Shown piece after piece: positions 9,500-20,012 of a stretch of 64,000 nucleotides of DNA. Position 1 is the stretch's first letter; every line of letters starts with the position of its first letter. The DNA comes from an uncultured virus (IMG/VR IMGVR_UViG_3300031625_000002) (taxonomy: Duplodnaviria; Heunggongvirae; Uroviricota; Caudoviricetes). Where the stretch lies: positions 1 through 64,000 of the IMG/VR virus record IMGVR_UViG_3300031625_000002. The stretch is one strand, 5' to 3'. Both the position numbers and the translations under genes were made by a program. A model generated the notes under the pieces. That model worked only from the letters and a program-made list of their open reading frames with translations. It was not told where the DNA came from and ran no database searches.

Positions 9500-10054
9500 A
9501 TGAAGAAGTTAATTTGTGGAATGATGGTGGTCCTAATGGCGGTGTTAGGCAATGGTTGTGCGACTACAGGCGGAACGGGCGGAGTAGGAGGAATTGATGT
9601 CAGCACTGCTGATGCCGAAAAGTTTGGCCGTGTAGTTGGAGTTGGATATTTGGTTGGAAAACCTCATCTTAGCGCGAAAGAAGTTGAAATACTTGAGTAT
9701 GTATACCATCAATTTGATGCTTTGATTACTGATGAAAACAGTAACGACGTTATCAAGAGCTTGATTACGAACGCTGTAATGACTGAATTCGCTGATGATC
9801 CAGAGAGTGCAATTTTGATTGCATTTGGAGTTGAAACATTGAATATGTATTGGATGCGACTTGATGAGAGATATCAAATCGACAATATTGTAGGCGCAGA
9901 AAGGCTTGCGATCTTGAGAGCGTTCAATAAGGGGATCAAGGAAGCTGTAGCGGACTACAAATTCCAGGCCGCTCCAGCGCCACCAGAGGTTATTTTGGAA
10001 GTTGCCCCACCGGTTTCTGTAGAGCCAAATCCAAGTTCTGGGGCCAACAATTAA
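9500..10054 (+). CDS. lipoprotein
   Basis: MKKLICGMMVVLMAVLGNG-C lipobox, RBS AGGAG. Confidence 0.75.
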   Translation: MKKLICGMMVVLMAVLGNGCATTGGTGGVGGIDVSTADAEKFGRVVGVGYLVGKPHLSAKEVEILEYVYHQFDALITDENSNDVIKSLITNAVMTEFADDPESAILIAFGVETLNMYWMRLDERYQIDNIVGAERLAILRAFNKGIKEAVADYKFQAAPAPPEVILEVAPPVSVEPNPSSGANN

Positions 10055-10128
10055 GAGGAAGCTATGAGATATTTGGGTATTAAGTATTATGAAGACTTAG
10101 TACCCATTTATCATTTAAGAGGTTAAAC

Positions 10129-10482
10129 ATGAAAGATTTCATATTAAAATATGACGAGAACAAAAACGATAGTGGATTTTACCCACAGTCAGACATTATT
10201 TACAATGTCGTTCTGGCGGCTGACACTCCTGAATCAATAACGGTTCCCGTAGGCGCAGAAGTGGCTGAATTTTCCGCTAATGGAGACTTTTGGTGTAGGT
10301 TTAACACTGCCGCTGCCGTTCCAACAACTGAAGTTGTTGATTCGGGGTCAGAGTTGAATCCTACGAGAAGGACTGTTGTTCCAGGCCAACCGATTAGTTT
10401 TAGCGCAAGTTCGCCAACACTAATTTCGATTGCGTTTTACAACATCGCTGGAGCAATTAAGACTCATACACATGTTGTTTAA
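10129..10482 (+). CDS. hypothetical beta-rich protein, probably virion-associated
   Basis: 117 aa ORF, RBS GAGG, late-type promoter upstream. Confidence 0.6.
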   Translation: MKDFILKYDENKNDSGFYPQSDIIYNVVLAADTPESITVPVGAEVAEFSANGDFWCRFNTAAAVPTTEVVDSGSELNPTRRTVVPGQPISFSASSPTLISIAFYNIAGAIKTHTHVV

Positions 10483-10652
10483 TACGATCTTCGCTGTGAT
10501 ACGTAAGTGGGCCTGCGGGCTCGTGTAAAATCGCCAAGATCGAACGCATAGCCAGGCGGTTAACTGGTAGAGCAACCTTGCGGTATAACTCGTCCCCAAT
10601 TAGGTTAACCGCAAATTTTTTTTAACTACGATAAGAACAAGGAGAATTAACT

Positions 10653-11978
10653 ATGAATGATGCAGAAATTGAAAAGGCGGTTGGGGAAATCGCTATGGGA
10701 ACTACAATTACCAATGTAAACGATCCGAAAAATAAAACGCAAGCAGCACTTCAAGCTATGAATGACCACGTGGCAGGAATTATCCCTGTCAGTATTAAGA
10801 GATTAAGTGCCGCTGCCGTAATCCCTCAATATGCAAAGCCTGGTGATGCTGGTGTTGATTTAGTCTCCCTTCACGACGCCTCTCTTTCCCCATTTCAATC
10901 AACAATGATTGAGACTGGAATTTCAATTGAATTACCAGTTGGTTATGAGGCGCAAATAAGATCAAGAAGCGGCCTTGCCAAAAAGGGCATAGTGGTTGTC
11001 AACTCTCCGGGGACTATTGATTCTGGGTATCGAGGGCCTGTAAATGTCTTATTGATCAATCTTTCAAAACCCCCACCGCCAGAATCTGGTAACGATGGAT
11101 TTTTCAAGATAAAAAAGGGCGACAGGATTGCTCAAATGGTTATCGCTCCGGTCTCACAGGCTAAATTTGTAGAAGTAGATGAGTTGGGGGATTCAGAACG
11201 TGGCGCTGGTGGTTTTGGACACACTGGGATGACAGATGTAAGAGTACACATGACTTCAGAAGAAGATAAGAGAGCCATGACTAAGGAATTGCTTGAGAAA
11301 AATACTTGCGGTATTGTTGAAGAATTCGAAAATGAGATAAAGGAAGAAACAGGTAAGGGTGATATTGATCATCGTGACATTAGAAATAAATTGAATGATG
11401 AAAGGGAAGAGAGGCTCAGTACAATTTCCAAAAGAGGCAGAGAGCGATTAAGTGAAGATGAGCTTGCAGATATTGATGCTTCCGCAGGGAAAAAAGAGCT
11501 TTTGCGTAGGAGCATGAACAATAACGATATGAAAGATGCTCAAAAGTACTTGTATGAGATATTGATTTCTCCAGCAAGAACTAAAGCCACAGAATTTGGC
11601 GAAGAGCTTATTGATCATTTGTTTTCTCAGGATAGTGCCTCGAAAGAATTGATCAAGAATGAAGTTGAGAAATTGTTAGACGGAAAGGTGACAGATGATA
11701 TCTTCCTTGTTGGAACCAACTCTATTAAGCCGACGAAAAGGGGGAAAATCCACAGGACAGTTCTTGAAATGATACTCGACTTGCGGGATGAAACTATAGC
11801 AAGTTTTGTTTCAGGGCTTGACAACGCCTTAAACATGAGTAGAGTAATAGAGAGATATGATGGTTGTGCGACTACAGGCGGAAAAGAGAGGAAGCCGGTC
11901 TCGCAGCCGCGCCAGTCGAGATCTCAGACGTGCTTTCGCGGAGTCAAGGTGGCGAAAGTTATTTCAAGGGAAAAGTAA
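10653..11978 (+). CDS. dut: trimeric dUTPase with long C-terminal extension
   Basis: AGVDL, RSGLA, GTIDSGYRG, RIAQ, RGAGGFGHTG. Confidence 0.9.
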   Translation: MNDAEIEKAVGEIAMGTTITNVNDPKNKTQAALQAMNDHVAGIIPVSIKRLSAAAVIPQYAKPGDAGVDLVSLHDASLSPFQSTMIETGISIELPVGYEAQIRSRSGLAKKGIVVVNSPGTIDSGYRGPVNVLLINLSKPPPPESGNDGFFKIKKGDRIAQMVIAPVSQAKFVEVDELGDSERGAGGFGHTGMTDVRVHMTSEEDKRAMTKELLEKNTCGIVEEFENEIKEETGKGDIDHRDIRNKLNDEREERLSTISKRGRERLSEDELADIDASAGKKELLRRSMNNNDMKDAQKYLYEILISPARTKATEFGEELIDHLFSQDSASKELIKNEVEKLLDGKVTDDIFLVGTNSIKPTKRGKIHRTVLEMILDLRDETIASFVSGLDNALNMSRVIERYDGCATTGGKERKPVSQPRQSRSQTCFRGVKVAKVISREK

Positions 11979-12640
11979 TGAATAACAGTAGAGAAGACGG
12001 TGATCCGATAGCACTCGTGGATCTTGATAGGACACTTTGTGATCATGATGATGGTTTACATAATGGAGTTGAGCATGAGTGGAAAGAGGGTCGTCTCATG
12101 GGTATGAATGATTTGGCGTCTCAAGACGAGAAGATGTTCAATCTTTGGGACGACGATGTTCCTTCGTATGTTAAGAATAGAATGAGGATTGTCAGATCGC
12201 AGGAAGGGTGGTGGAGAAACCTTAAGAAGATCCCGCAGGGATTTGAAGTGTTCGACTTGCTTGTTGAAGCAGGGTTTTCCATTTGCATCACATCAAAAGC
12301 CGCATGGACTTCTGAAAATTCTTGGACTGAAAAGTTTCAATGGTGCAGAAGAAATTTGCAATCCAGTATCGTTGAAAGCGACAGATTCGATATGAACACT
12401 ACTACTGAGAAGAGTATTGTTTATGGGAAAATTCTCTTTGATGATTATGTCGGTTTTGTTGAGCCCTGGCTCGAACAGAGAAGTAGGGGACTTGTGATCA
12501 TGCCCGCGCTTCCACACAATGATGGATTTGAACATCCTAACGTAGTCAAGTATGATGGCACGACTGAAAGCTATGCTATAGTAAAAAACGCCATTCAAAC
12601 CGCGTATGCACGAGGCCACAAGGAACCGTTGGTTTTGTAA
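11978..12640 (+). CDS. 5'(3')-deoxyribonucleotidase, NT5C/HAD family
   Basis: VDLDRTL, WTEKFQW, LFDD; ATG overlaps the dut stop. Confidence 0.8.
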   Translation: MNNSREDGDPIALVDLDRTLCDHDDGLHNGVEHEWKEGRLMGMNDLASQDEKMFNLWDDDVPSYVKNRMRIVRSQEGWWRNLKKIPQGFEVFDLLVEAGFSICITSKAAWTSENSWTEKFQWCRRNLQSSIVESDRFDMNTTTEKSIVYGKILFDDYVGFVEPWLEQRSRGLVIMPALPHNDGFEHPNVVKYDGTTESYAIVKNAIQTAYARGHKEPLVL

Positions 12641-12721
12641 AATTCCATGGATGGACTTGAAATTCGAGTTTGATGTGATATGTTACCCGATAATATCACT
12701 TAAATTTTATGGAGTAATGCA

Positions 12722-13531
12722 ATGAAAAACGATGCGGATGGAGACCGTATGAAAGGCTATGAAATGGAAGAGGCTGGGCGTAGGCTCATGCCTCTTCTTC
12801 CCGTCATGGTCAGGATTGATGGTAAGTGCTTTTCCAAATTCACTAATGGTCTCAAAAGACCATATGACGTCCGAATGTCTCTCCTTATGGAATATACCAT
12901 GAGGAACTTGGTTAAGGAATACAATGCGCTTATTGGGTATACCCAGTCTGACGAAATCTCACTTATCCTTTATAGTGATAATGTGAAGAGTCAGATCCCA
13001 TATGATGGTAGAATCCAAAAACTCGTTGGAGATATGGCTTCATTCGCCAGTCTTACGTTTAACGAACATCTTGTCGAATACATCCCCGAAAAGACAGACA
13101 GCCGCCCCAGGTTTGATTGCAGAGTGTGGAATGTTCCTAACATGATGGAAGCAGCGAACACTATTCTTTGGCGCGAACAAGATGCGACCAAGAATAGCAA
13201 GTCAATGGCCGCGAGAGCGTATTATTCTCACAGGGACCTTGAAAACAAGAGTGGTCCTGAAATGATGGACATGCTTATAAATAAGGGTGTCAATTGGAAT
13301 GATTATCCGACCTTCTTCAAAAGAGGCGTCTTTGTTCGTCGCGAGATCTCTTCAACTTTGTTTACTGCTGAAGAAATTGAGGGTCTTCCTGAGAAGCATG
13401 AGGCAAGGATGAATCCGCACTTGCATATTGAGAGGGCGTCTATTGAAACTCTTGACATGCCCCCGTTTTCAAAGGTCATCAATCGTGTTGGTGTTATTTT
13501 CAACGGTGAGACTCCAGATGTAGAAGGCTGA
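12722..13531 (+). CDS. tRNA(His) guanylyltransferase Thg1-like protein
   Basis: RIDGKCFSKFT, YTQSDEIS, FDCRV, WREQDA. Confidence 0.93.
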   Translation: MKNDADGDRMKGYEMEEAGRRLMPLLPVMVRIDGKCFSKFTNGLKRPYDVRMSLLMEYTMRNLVKEYNALIGYTQSDEISLILYSDNVKSQIPYDGRIQKLVGDMASFASLTFNEHLVEYIPEKTDSRPRFDCRVWNVPNMMEAANTILWREQDATKNSKSMAARAYYSHRDLENKSGPEMMDMLINKGVNWNDYPTFFKRGVFVRREISSTLFTAEEIEGLPEKHEARMNPHLHIERASIETLDMPPFSKVINRVGVIFNGETPDVEG

Positions 13532-13723
13532 TTAATGAATAAAGAAATTGAAGAAATAATAGACAGCGCGAACATAATAAGATCAAACTCTTTTATAGTC
13601 AGAGAGTATCTTGATGATGGTATTTTTATTGTATGCGCAAAGTGCGAGAAAGAATTCGCCAATGACGACGGATTAAAATGTTGTGATAAGTGTGGTCACA
13701 TCAACGACTAACGGGAGATGTAG

Positions 13724-14800
13724 ATGGGAGACATAAAGACTTCATTATCTTACAATGATGTATTGATGGTGCCAAGGTATTCAGATATGAGCACGAGTGA
13801 TGGTGATTTGTGTTATCATTATAAGAATGACTTGTCTGGGACACCGTTAATCAATGCGCCTATGGATAGAGTGTGCTCCCCTGAATTGATCCATCATCTT
13901 TCAGAAACAAATTGGTTCACCTCAATCCACAGATTTTTTGATAGTGCGTCAAGTCAGTTTAATTTTTTTATTGATTGTAAGGTTAATAAAGACAAATCCC
14001 TTTGCTTCTTATCTGTCGGAAACATTTTTAAGTGGAAGGATTGGATAAACGAGTTGATTGTAGAGTATAAGTACAAGGCGAGTGTGAAAAGGCAATTTGG
14101 ATTCTTAGTTGACATGGCGAATGGTGATACAAACGCTTGTGTTGAGACTGTCAAGTACATAAGGGAGCATTGTCCGTTTGCTATTATCATGGCTGGCAAT
14201 GTTGCCACCAGAAGTGGTTATCGGCATTTGGCTGAAGCCGGGGCGAATTTTATTCGTGTTGGGATTGGGGGCGGATCGATCTGTTCAACAAGATTAAACA
14301 CTGGATTTGGCGTCCCCACTTTTGAATCAGTAATGCGTTGTGCAGATGTGAAGATACCTGGAGCTTACATTGTTGCTGATGGTGGAATTGAAAACACTGG
14401 TGATATAATGAAGGTTATGGCTGCTGGTGCGGACATGGTGATGATGGGCAAGATGCTCGCTTCGACTGATATGGCACCGGGCGAAAAATATGATGAGAAT
14501 TTGAATGTTACGACAAATGAGGAAGAATACAAATTTATTGAATATAGGGGGATGGCATCTAAGGGTGCTCAATCTGTATTGTCAAATAAATTAAGATCAG
14601 TAGAGGGCGTTTCCGGTGCAGTGAAGTATACAGGGAAAACAGAAGAGGTTTGCGCACAAATTGAAGCCAACATGAGAACTGCAATGACATATTATGGTGG
14701 AGCCAAAAACTGGAATGAATTTTCTCGTAGCGCCAAGTTTATTCAATTGACAAGTCAGGGCTGGATAGAATCCGGTACAAGAGTGGAGAATCCCCAATGA
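13724..14800 (+). CDS. IMP dehydrogenase / GMP reductase family (no CBS domain)
   Basis: APMD, AGNVAT, GIGGGSICSTR, ADGGI, YRGMAS, EGV. Confidence 0.9.
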   Translation: MGDIKTSLSYNDVLMVPRYSDMSTSDGDLCYHYKNDLSGTPLINAPMDRVCSPELIHHLSETNWFTSIHRFFDSASSQFNFFIDCKVNKDKSLCFLSVGNIFKWKDWINELIVEYKYKASVKRQFGFLVDMANGDTNACVETVKYIREHCPFAIIMAGNVATRSGYRHLAEAGANFIRVGIGGGSICSTRLNTGFGVPTFESVMRCADVKIPGAYIVADGGIENTGDIMKVMAAGADMVMMGKMLASTDMAPGEKYDENLNVTTNEEEYKFIEYRGMASKGAQSVLSNKLRSVEGVSGAVKYTGKTEEVCAQIEANMRTAMTYYGGAKNWNEFSRSAKFIQLTSQGWIESGTRVENPQ

Positions 14801-15243
14801 GAAAAATAAAGAAAGTAACGTGGGCAGAGTGTGAGCAGTGGATAAATACGGCTACTGATTACTGGAATGACGAAATCATAGTCAATGAATTGGTAATAAA
14901 TAATATCTATGGGATACCAAGAGGGGGGATAATTTTTGCCACAATGCTTTCACACCAACTTGATATACCTCTTATTGCAAACAAAGAAGACATTGGAGAG
15001 TCCACTTTGATTGTAGATGACATTGCGGACTCCGGTAGCACATTTCATGATTTCATTATACCATTGAATAGAATTCAAGGCAGACACTTCCGTTTAACAT
15101 CGGCAATAGTTGTAAATCAATCATCCACTTTTTTACCTCAACAATTTTCCTTTATGAATCATTTGAATGACTGGATTGAGTTCCCTTATGAAACATCGGC
15201 GTATGATCACGTTAGCAAGGTAACGGCGACAGCCCAGGCTTAA
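14797..15243 (+). CDS. purine phosphoribosyltransferase (type I PRT)
   Basis: GIPRGG, LIVDDIADSGST, WIEFPYE. Confidence 0.88.
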   Translation: MRKIKKVTWAECEQWINTATDYWNDEIIVNELVINNIYGIPRGGIIFATMLSHQLDIPLIANKEDIGESTLIVDDIADSGSTFHDFIIPLNRIQGRHFRLTSAIVVNQSSTFLPQQFSFMNHLNDWIEFPYETSAYDHVSKVTATAQA

Positions 15244-15291
15244 TTTATACGACAATTGAATCAAACTGTCAGATAAACAACGAGAAAGAAC

Positions 15292-15900
15292 ATGGCCGAT
15301 CTTAATAAAGTAAAACAACTCCGTCAAGAAACTGGAGTTGGGATTGTTGCCTGCAAAGAGGCATTAGAAAAAGCTCACGACGATCTTAATGAAGCGAAGA
15401 TTGTTCTTCGTAAGGGTAGTGGTGAGGTCGCTGAAAACTTATCTAACAGGAATGCAACTGAGGGTATTATTGTCACATACACTCACCACAACTCAAAGGT
15501 GGGATCAATTGTTGAAATTCACTGTGAAACGGATTTTGGCGCGGCTACGCTCAAAGACTTTGGTCATGAGGTCGCCATGCAAGTCGCCGCCTCAAACCCT
15601 GAGTTTATAAGTTTCGAAGATGTTTCAGAGGGAAGGATTGCTCAAGAAAGAGCGTATTTCATTTCTCAGTCCATAAATAGCATTTGTCCGCCAGAGCTTG
15701 AGTACGATGGTGAAAGTGACGAGATTGTTAATAAAATGGTTGTCGGTAAGTTTAAAAAGTTCAGATTAGAACACTGTCTTCTTAATCAAAGAACAATCAA
15801 GGACTCCGGTGTTTCCGTAAGAGATCTTCTCAATGACCAAGTGCAACGGCTTGGGGAAAAGATCGAAATCGCTAAGTTTGCGAGGTTTCAGATCTCATAA
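15292..15900 (+). CDS. tsf: translation elongation factor Ts (short type)
   Basis: VKQLRQETGVG..CKEAL, EIHCETDF, AMQVAA, GEKIEIAKFARF. Confidence 0.93.
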   Translation: MADLNKVKQLRQETGVGIVACKEALEKAHDDLNEAKIVLRKGSGEVAENLSNRNATEGIIVTYTHHNSKVGSIVEIHCETDFGAATLKDFGHEVAMQVAASNPEFISFEDVSEGRIAQERAYFISQSINSICPPELEYDGESDEIVNKMVVGKFKKFRLEHCLLNQRTIKDSGVSVRDLLNDQVQRLGEKIEIAKFARFQIS

Positions 15901-15927
15901 GTAGGTAGATAATAAAATTAACGAATG

Positions 15928-15960
15928 AAAAGGGCGTCCTGGAAACGGGGCGTCATTTTT
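15928..15960 (+). terminator. intrinsic terminator
   Basis: GGGCGTCCTG-GAAA-CGGGGCGTC followed by T-run. Confidence 0.75.
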
Positions 15961-15970
15961 GTGTCTATAT

Positions 15971-15999
15971 AGGGAATCGGGATATTATTGTAGAATAAA
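15971..15999 (+). promoter_or_regulatory. putative phage late promoter
   Basis: AGG-N19-GAATAA, recurring upstream of structural genes. Confidence 0.55.
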
Positions 16000-16021
16000 A
16001 TACAAACACATTGAGGTTAAT

Positions 16022-16714
16022 ATGGACACCATTTCAAAAAACACATCTGATTTCTCAATCTTTGAGCGCATTGCTGATATTCAAAGGGCGAAGAATCTAT
16101 TGGATTTACTGCCGTCTGATGTGAAGATGATCAAGACAGCATCCTCTGGAGAGTCAGATTCAAATGAGATTGTGAAGGCTGTTATTGAAGCTTTTTCATC
16201 CATGGGGATAAAAGCCAATGTTGATATTGGAGAATTGATGAAAAAGATATCTGGGAATCCGATAAAGAAAGAGGCTATGAAGAAAGACGATAGTGAAGTA
16301 CAATCTATAAAAATAGCCTCGAAGAAGATCGAAGACTCACATTATGATATTGATATAGCCAAAGATAGAATTACACGTGATGGTAAGAAGGTCATAATGG
16401 TAAGCGCCTATCTTAAAGAAGCCTACCTTGGAAGATATTTAATAAAAAGAAATTATTACTTCCTGGACGACAATGAAGATGATGCCAATTATGTTTACAA
16501 TGATCTTGTTGCCAAGTCCAATAGGACTAAAGGCAGGTATTATAAGGAGATAATAGGCGTGAAGGGTATTTTTCCTGAGGTTAAAGCCTTTTTAGATGGT
16601 GTTAAAGGCGATTTGGAGCTTGATGCTACGAGTATTGGCACCACAGTCGTTAGAGAGGACACAAGGGGCCATGAGGTCAATGGTTCTCCATATGCGGCAG
16701 CGGCTCATAAATAA
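16022..16714 (+). CDS. hypothetical protein, first gene of late block
   Basis: ATG after GAGG; late-type promoter at 15971. Confidence 0.65.
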   Translation: MDTISKNTSDFSIFERIADIQRAKNLLDLLPSDVKMIKTASSGESDSNEIVKAVIEAFSSMGIKANVDIGELMKKISGNPIKKEAMKKDDSEVQSIKIASKKIEDSHYDIDIAKDRITRDGKKVIMVSAYLKEAYLGRYLIKRNYYFLDDNEDDANYVYNDLVAKSNRTKGRYYKEIIGVKGIFPEVKAFLDGVKGDLELDATSIGTTVVREDTRGHEVNGSPYAAAAHK

Positions 16715-16726
16715 GGAGATCGCTCG

Positions 16727-17212
16727 ATGATTTTACGATGTCTTCTTTCCCAAGGCGTTCTTGATATAAGCAGTCAGGAAACATATCAGGGGAATTTTCC
16801 AGAGACGATACCTTTCAGGATAAGTATGACTCCCGGACAAACAATTGAGGTCCAGGATGAATATAGAAACCTCGCTAACATCAAAAGCGCAATCTCCGCT
16901 GGGCTACTGGAAGTTGTCAGTTATGATAGTTCAGACGGTAGCGTCACTGTTAATGCTGAAGATGATGGACTCAGCACATTGAAATTTAATGCGGTCTCGG
17001 TTGAGTCTCCAGATGGGGTGAATAAAACTTTTACTCTTCCAGGGAGCGAAGTATACGTCACTACTCAGATCAGGCCGTTTATAAATGGTCAAGCATTGAG
17101 CCCTGACGACTTTACAGAAGACGTTGGCAGAACGTCTATTACACTTTCAGTGGATGTTCCAGCGCCAATCTCTGGAGACAAGATTACCTTCCAATATGTG
17201 GAAGAATCTTAA
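16727..17212 (+). CDS. putative virion structural protein
   Basis: PDGVNKTFTL...FINGQ...GDKITFQY beta-domain typical of phage structural proteins. Confidence 0.6.
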   Translation: MILRCLLSQGVLDISSQETYQGNFPETIPFRISMTPGQTIEVQDEYRNLANIKSAISAGLLEVVSYDSSDGSVTVNAEDDGLSTLKFNAVSVESPDGVNKTFTLPGSEVYVTTQIRPFINGQALSPDDFTEDVGRTSITLSVDVPAPISGDKITFQYVEES

Positions 17213-17290
17213 CGCTATAAATAAAGGTTAGTTAATCTTTGGAATTGTATATATCACCAAGGGTTTTGAACATTATAATGGAGTCTAAAG

Positions 17291-18892
17291 GTGGCTAGAA
17301 CATTCCTGAGACAATCGTCACAAATAAGAACATCAGATACTTATGACGATACCTTAACGGTTACAGATGCAGAGTCATCTGCTATAAGCCTTGAGGGTGA
17401 TCTCAATTACATAAGAAGTCAGATGCTTATTTTAAGTGGAAGGACCAATTGGTACGACGCTTTAGAAGACGGGTTTGACTTGCAATCATTGCATGATAAG
17501 GCGTTGACGTATTGGGTTGGGACAACCACAGATATAACCGTACCGTCAAGTCAGAACTATGTAATTCTTGGAACCGGTAAGCCTTCTGACAACATCGCCA
17601 TCGCCACAACAGCGTTTGGGTCCATCGTAGCCCAACTATCAGGCGCTATTGGATCTCATGCTACTGATGCCGCCGCAAATAATGGCAACCTGTGTTTGAT
17701 TAGAGATTCTGCGACAAACAAGCCATTAGAAGATTCTGGAGAAAATCAAATATATGGTTTGATTCAAGTTGGCAGTGGGGCGACGGATGGAAATTCATTT
17801 TCTGATTCTGGTGATGATAGGGGTCAGATATCATTCGTTTATATAGATCCTTCAACGGAAGTTATAACTGCGGTTGCGGTTGCGGATATTGAAAACTTAA
17901 CGATTGAATATGCCTATAGAAAAAGATCTGGTTTTTATGACCTTCCAGAAATCGTTGTAGAACCATCTGTAGATTTCTTTACGGGGTCAACTGGTGGTGT
18001 CGGTGGTGTCGCAGATCACGGTGCGCTAACTGGGCTCTCAGATGATGACCATAGTATTTACCCACTTCTTGCTGGCAGGTCAGGTGGTCAAACTTTGATT
18101 GGTGGTGATGCTTCGAGTAATAATTTTACTGTTAGATCTACATCTCATGCCACAAAAGGAAATGTCATTATTGAAGGGCCGCACTTCACGGATGAAGATG
18201 ACGCTACAAAGATAGTCGATTTTGAAATTTCTGGTGTGACTACAGCAACTACAAGAACATTGACAATGGCTGATAGAGATCTCGATCTATCCACTCCAGT
18301 TTTTGATCAAATGACTGTTGGTACAGCAAACAATGTTGATATTACCACAGCGGGAATTGATTATACGGGAACGGCTCGACCTCAGAAACCTTTAAGGCTA
18401 ACAGCAGCTGGAGGATGGGGGTCAGTTACAGATGGTGCGGCGGGGCCATCGGAAATTGAATTTGTAACAAATGGGGTAAATCTATATGTTTTAGATTTTG
18501 ATCAGACCACTATGGAATATGCTGAATGGACAGTCCCGTCTCCAGAGAATTGGGATGGTGGGACAATGGTCGCTAAGTTCATTTGGCTTGCCGATACGGC
18601 TTCAACAAGTAGTGTTGCATGGCGGTTTCAGGGAAGATCATTTGGAGATGGGGAAGCAATTGATCAAGCGTGGGGGACCGTACAAATCGTTGCTGATGCG
18701 AATAATGGTCAAAACCAATGGAACACGAGTTTGGAAACTTCTGCTATTACACTCGCTGGCACACCTGAAGCTGGGGAGATCCTTCAATTTAGAGTATCAA
18801 GAGACCCTTTGCATGTCGCTGATCTCTTGGCAGCAGATGCGAGGTTGATAGCGGTTTCGATAAAATACACCGTTACTAAAGAGTATCTATAA
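17291..18892 (+). CDS. putative tail/tail-fibre structural protein
   Basis: DHGALTGLSDDDH..Y motif, Gly/Thr/Ser-rich, located in late block. Confidence 0.65.
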   Translation: MARTFLRQSSQIRTSDTYDDTLTVTDAESSAISLEGDLNYIRSQMLILSGRTNWYDALEDGFDLQSLHDKALTYWVGTTTDITVPSSQNYVILGTGKPSDNIAIATTAFGSIVAQLSGAIGSHATDAAANNGNLCLIRDSATNKPLEDSGENQIYGLIQVGSGATDGNSFSDSGDDRGQISFVYIDPSTEVITAVAVADIENLTIEYAYRKRSGFYDLPEIVVEPSVDFFTGSTGGVGGVADHGALTGLSDDDHSIYPLLAGRSGGQTLIGGDASSNNFTVRSTSHATKGNVIIEGPHFTDEDDATKIVDFEISGVTTATTRTLTMADRDLDLSTPVFDQMTVGTANNVDITTAGIDYTGTARPQKPLRLTAAGGWGSVTDGAAGPSEIEFVTNGVNLYVLDFDQTTMEYAEWTVPSPENWDGGTMVAKFIWLADTASTSSVAWRFQGRSFGDGEAIDQAWGTVQIVADANNGQNQWNTSLETSAITLAGTPEAGEILQFRVSRDPLHVADLLAADARLIAVSIKYTVTKEYL

Positions 18893-19944
18893 TGCCCACA
18901 ATTAAAACGATAAAACCAGGTGGTGGTGGTGATTATACTTTACTCCAAACCTGGGAAGATTTTGCTGATGGTGAGGCGACAGCAGACCAGTGGGCGGAAT
19001 GCTATGATGGCGGCGATCTTGGCGAGGTTGTTATATCAGGATGGTCATCAACACCAACAGCAGTTATCTACCCAAGAATTTACACTCCATTAGCAGAGAG
19101 ACATAATGCCAGAGACGATGGCACAGGAGCTTTCATATCATCCACTACAGGAAATTCAATTGTTAATTATGTTAATTATGTTCAAATAGATGGTATAAGA
19201 ATGGAATCAACATCTACAGCAAACTCGATAATTTCTATGGTCACGTCGGATGGTGTTATAGTAGAAAACAATTTGTTAATTCAGAAGTCATATGCAAATA
19301 CTGCCAATGCAATTTACATTGTAGATTCTAATCCCGTTAGCAAAACATGTGATATTCAAAACAATATAGTTTTTGGAAATGGATTATTAGCTACCGGAAT
19401 CCTTATATTGGGGATTGCTACAACAAACCCCGTTGAAACCGATAGCAATATTTTCAACAATACTATAATTGATGTTACTTCTTATGGGATAACTGGAACA
19501 AAAACTGAGACTTCAGACACAGTTACATTAAATGTCGTTCTTAGAAATAATATTTGTGGAGAAGGCGGGTTGTTAGATATAAATTGGACGAACTTTGACT
19601 CGATTGTTAGCACAAACAATATAACCTCCGATGGGACCTCTGATGACAATGGCGGTGAAGGTAATCTTGTGAACAAGCCAGGATCAAGCCAATTAATAAA
19701 TAGAAACACACATGCCAGGTTATTATCTTCTGGCGAAGCGAGGGATGGCGGTGTGGCTCTTGGCAGTTTCAGCACTGATGCTTTGGGGACAACGAGAGTG
19801 GCCGGTGGAAACGTGGGCACTCCAGTTGGTTTACTGTTGTCATTAACCTTTTCGGGAACATGGGATGCCGGATCTGTTGTGCAAGAATCATTCGTGTTAC
19901 CAAGAGGTCCAGGTATCTCATCTGACCCTATTCTAATATTTTAG
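18892..19944 (+). CDS. beta-helix (pectin-lyase-like) protein, one repeat unit
   Basis: Cap motif KTIKPGGGGDY..WAECY..YPRIY, NN-ladder repeats, terminal WDAG. Confidence 0.75.
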   Translation: MPTIKTIKPGGGGDYTLLQTWEDFADGEATADQWAECYDGGDLGEVVISGWSSTPTAVIYPRIYTPLAERHNARDDGTGAFISSTTGNSIVNYVNYVQIDGIRMESTSTANSIISMVTSDGVIVENNLLIQKSYANTANAIYIVDSNPVSKTCDIQNNIVFGNGLLATGILILGIATTNPVETDSNIFNNTIIDVTSYGITGTKTETSDTVTLNVVLRNNICGEGGLLDINWTNFDSIVSTNNITSDGTSDDNGGEGNLVNKPGSSQLINRNTHARLLSSGEARDGGVALGSFSTDALGTTRVAGGNVGTPVGLLLSLTFSGTWDAGSVVQESFVLPRGPGISSDPILIF

Positions 19945-20012
19945 GGTATCATAGTATGAAGGTTTAAGCGGCGATATTTGGGTATTAATTTAAGACCGCA
20001 GGAGGAATAAGA

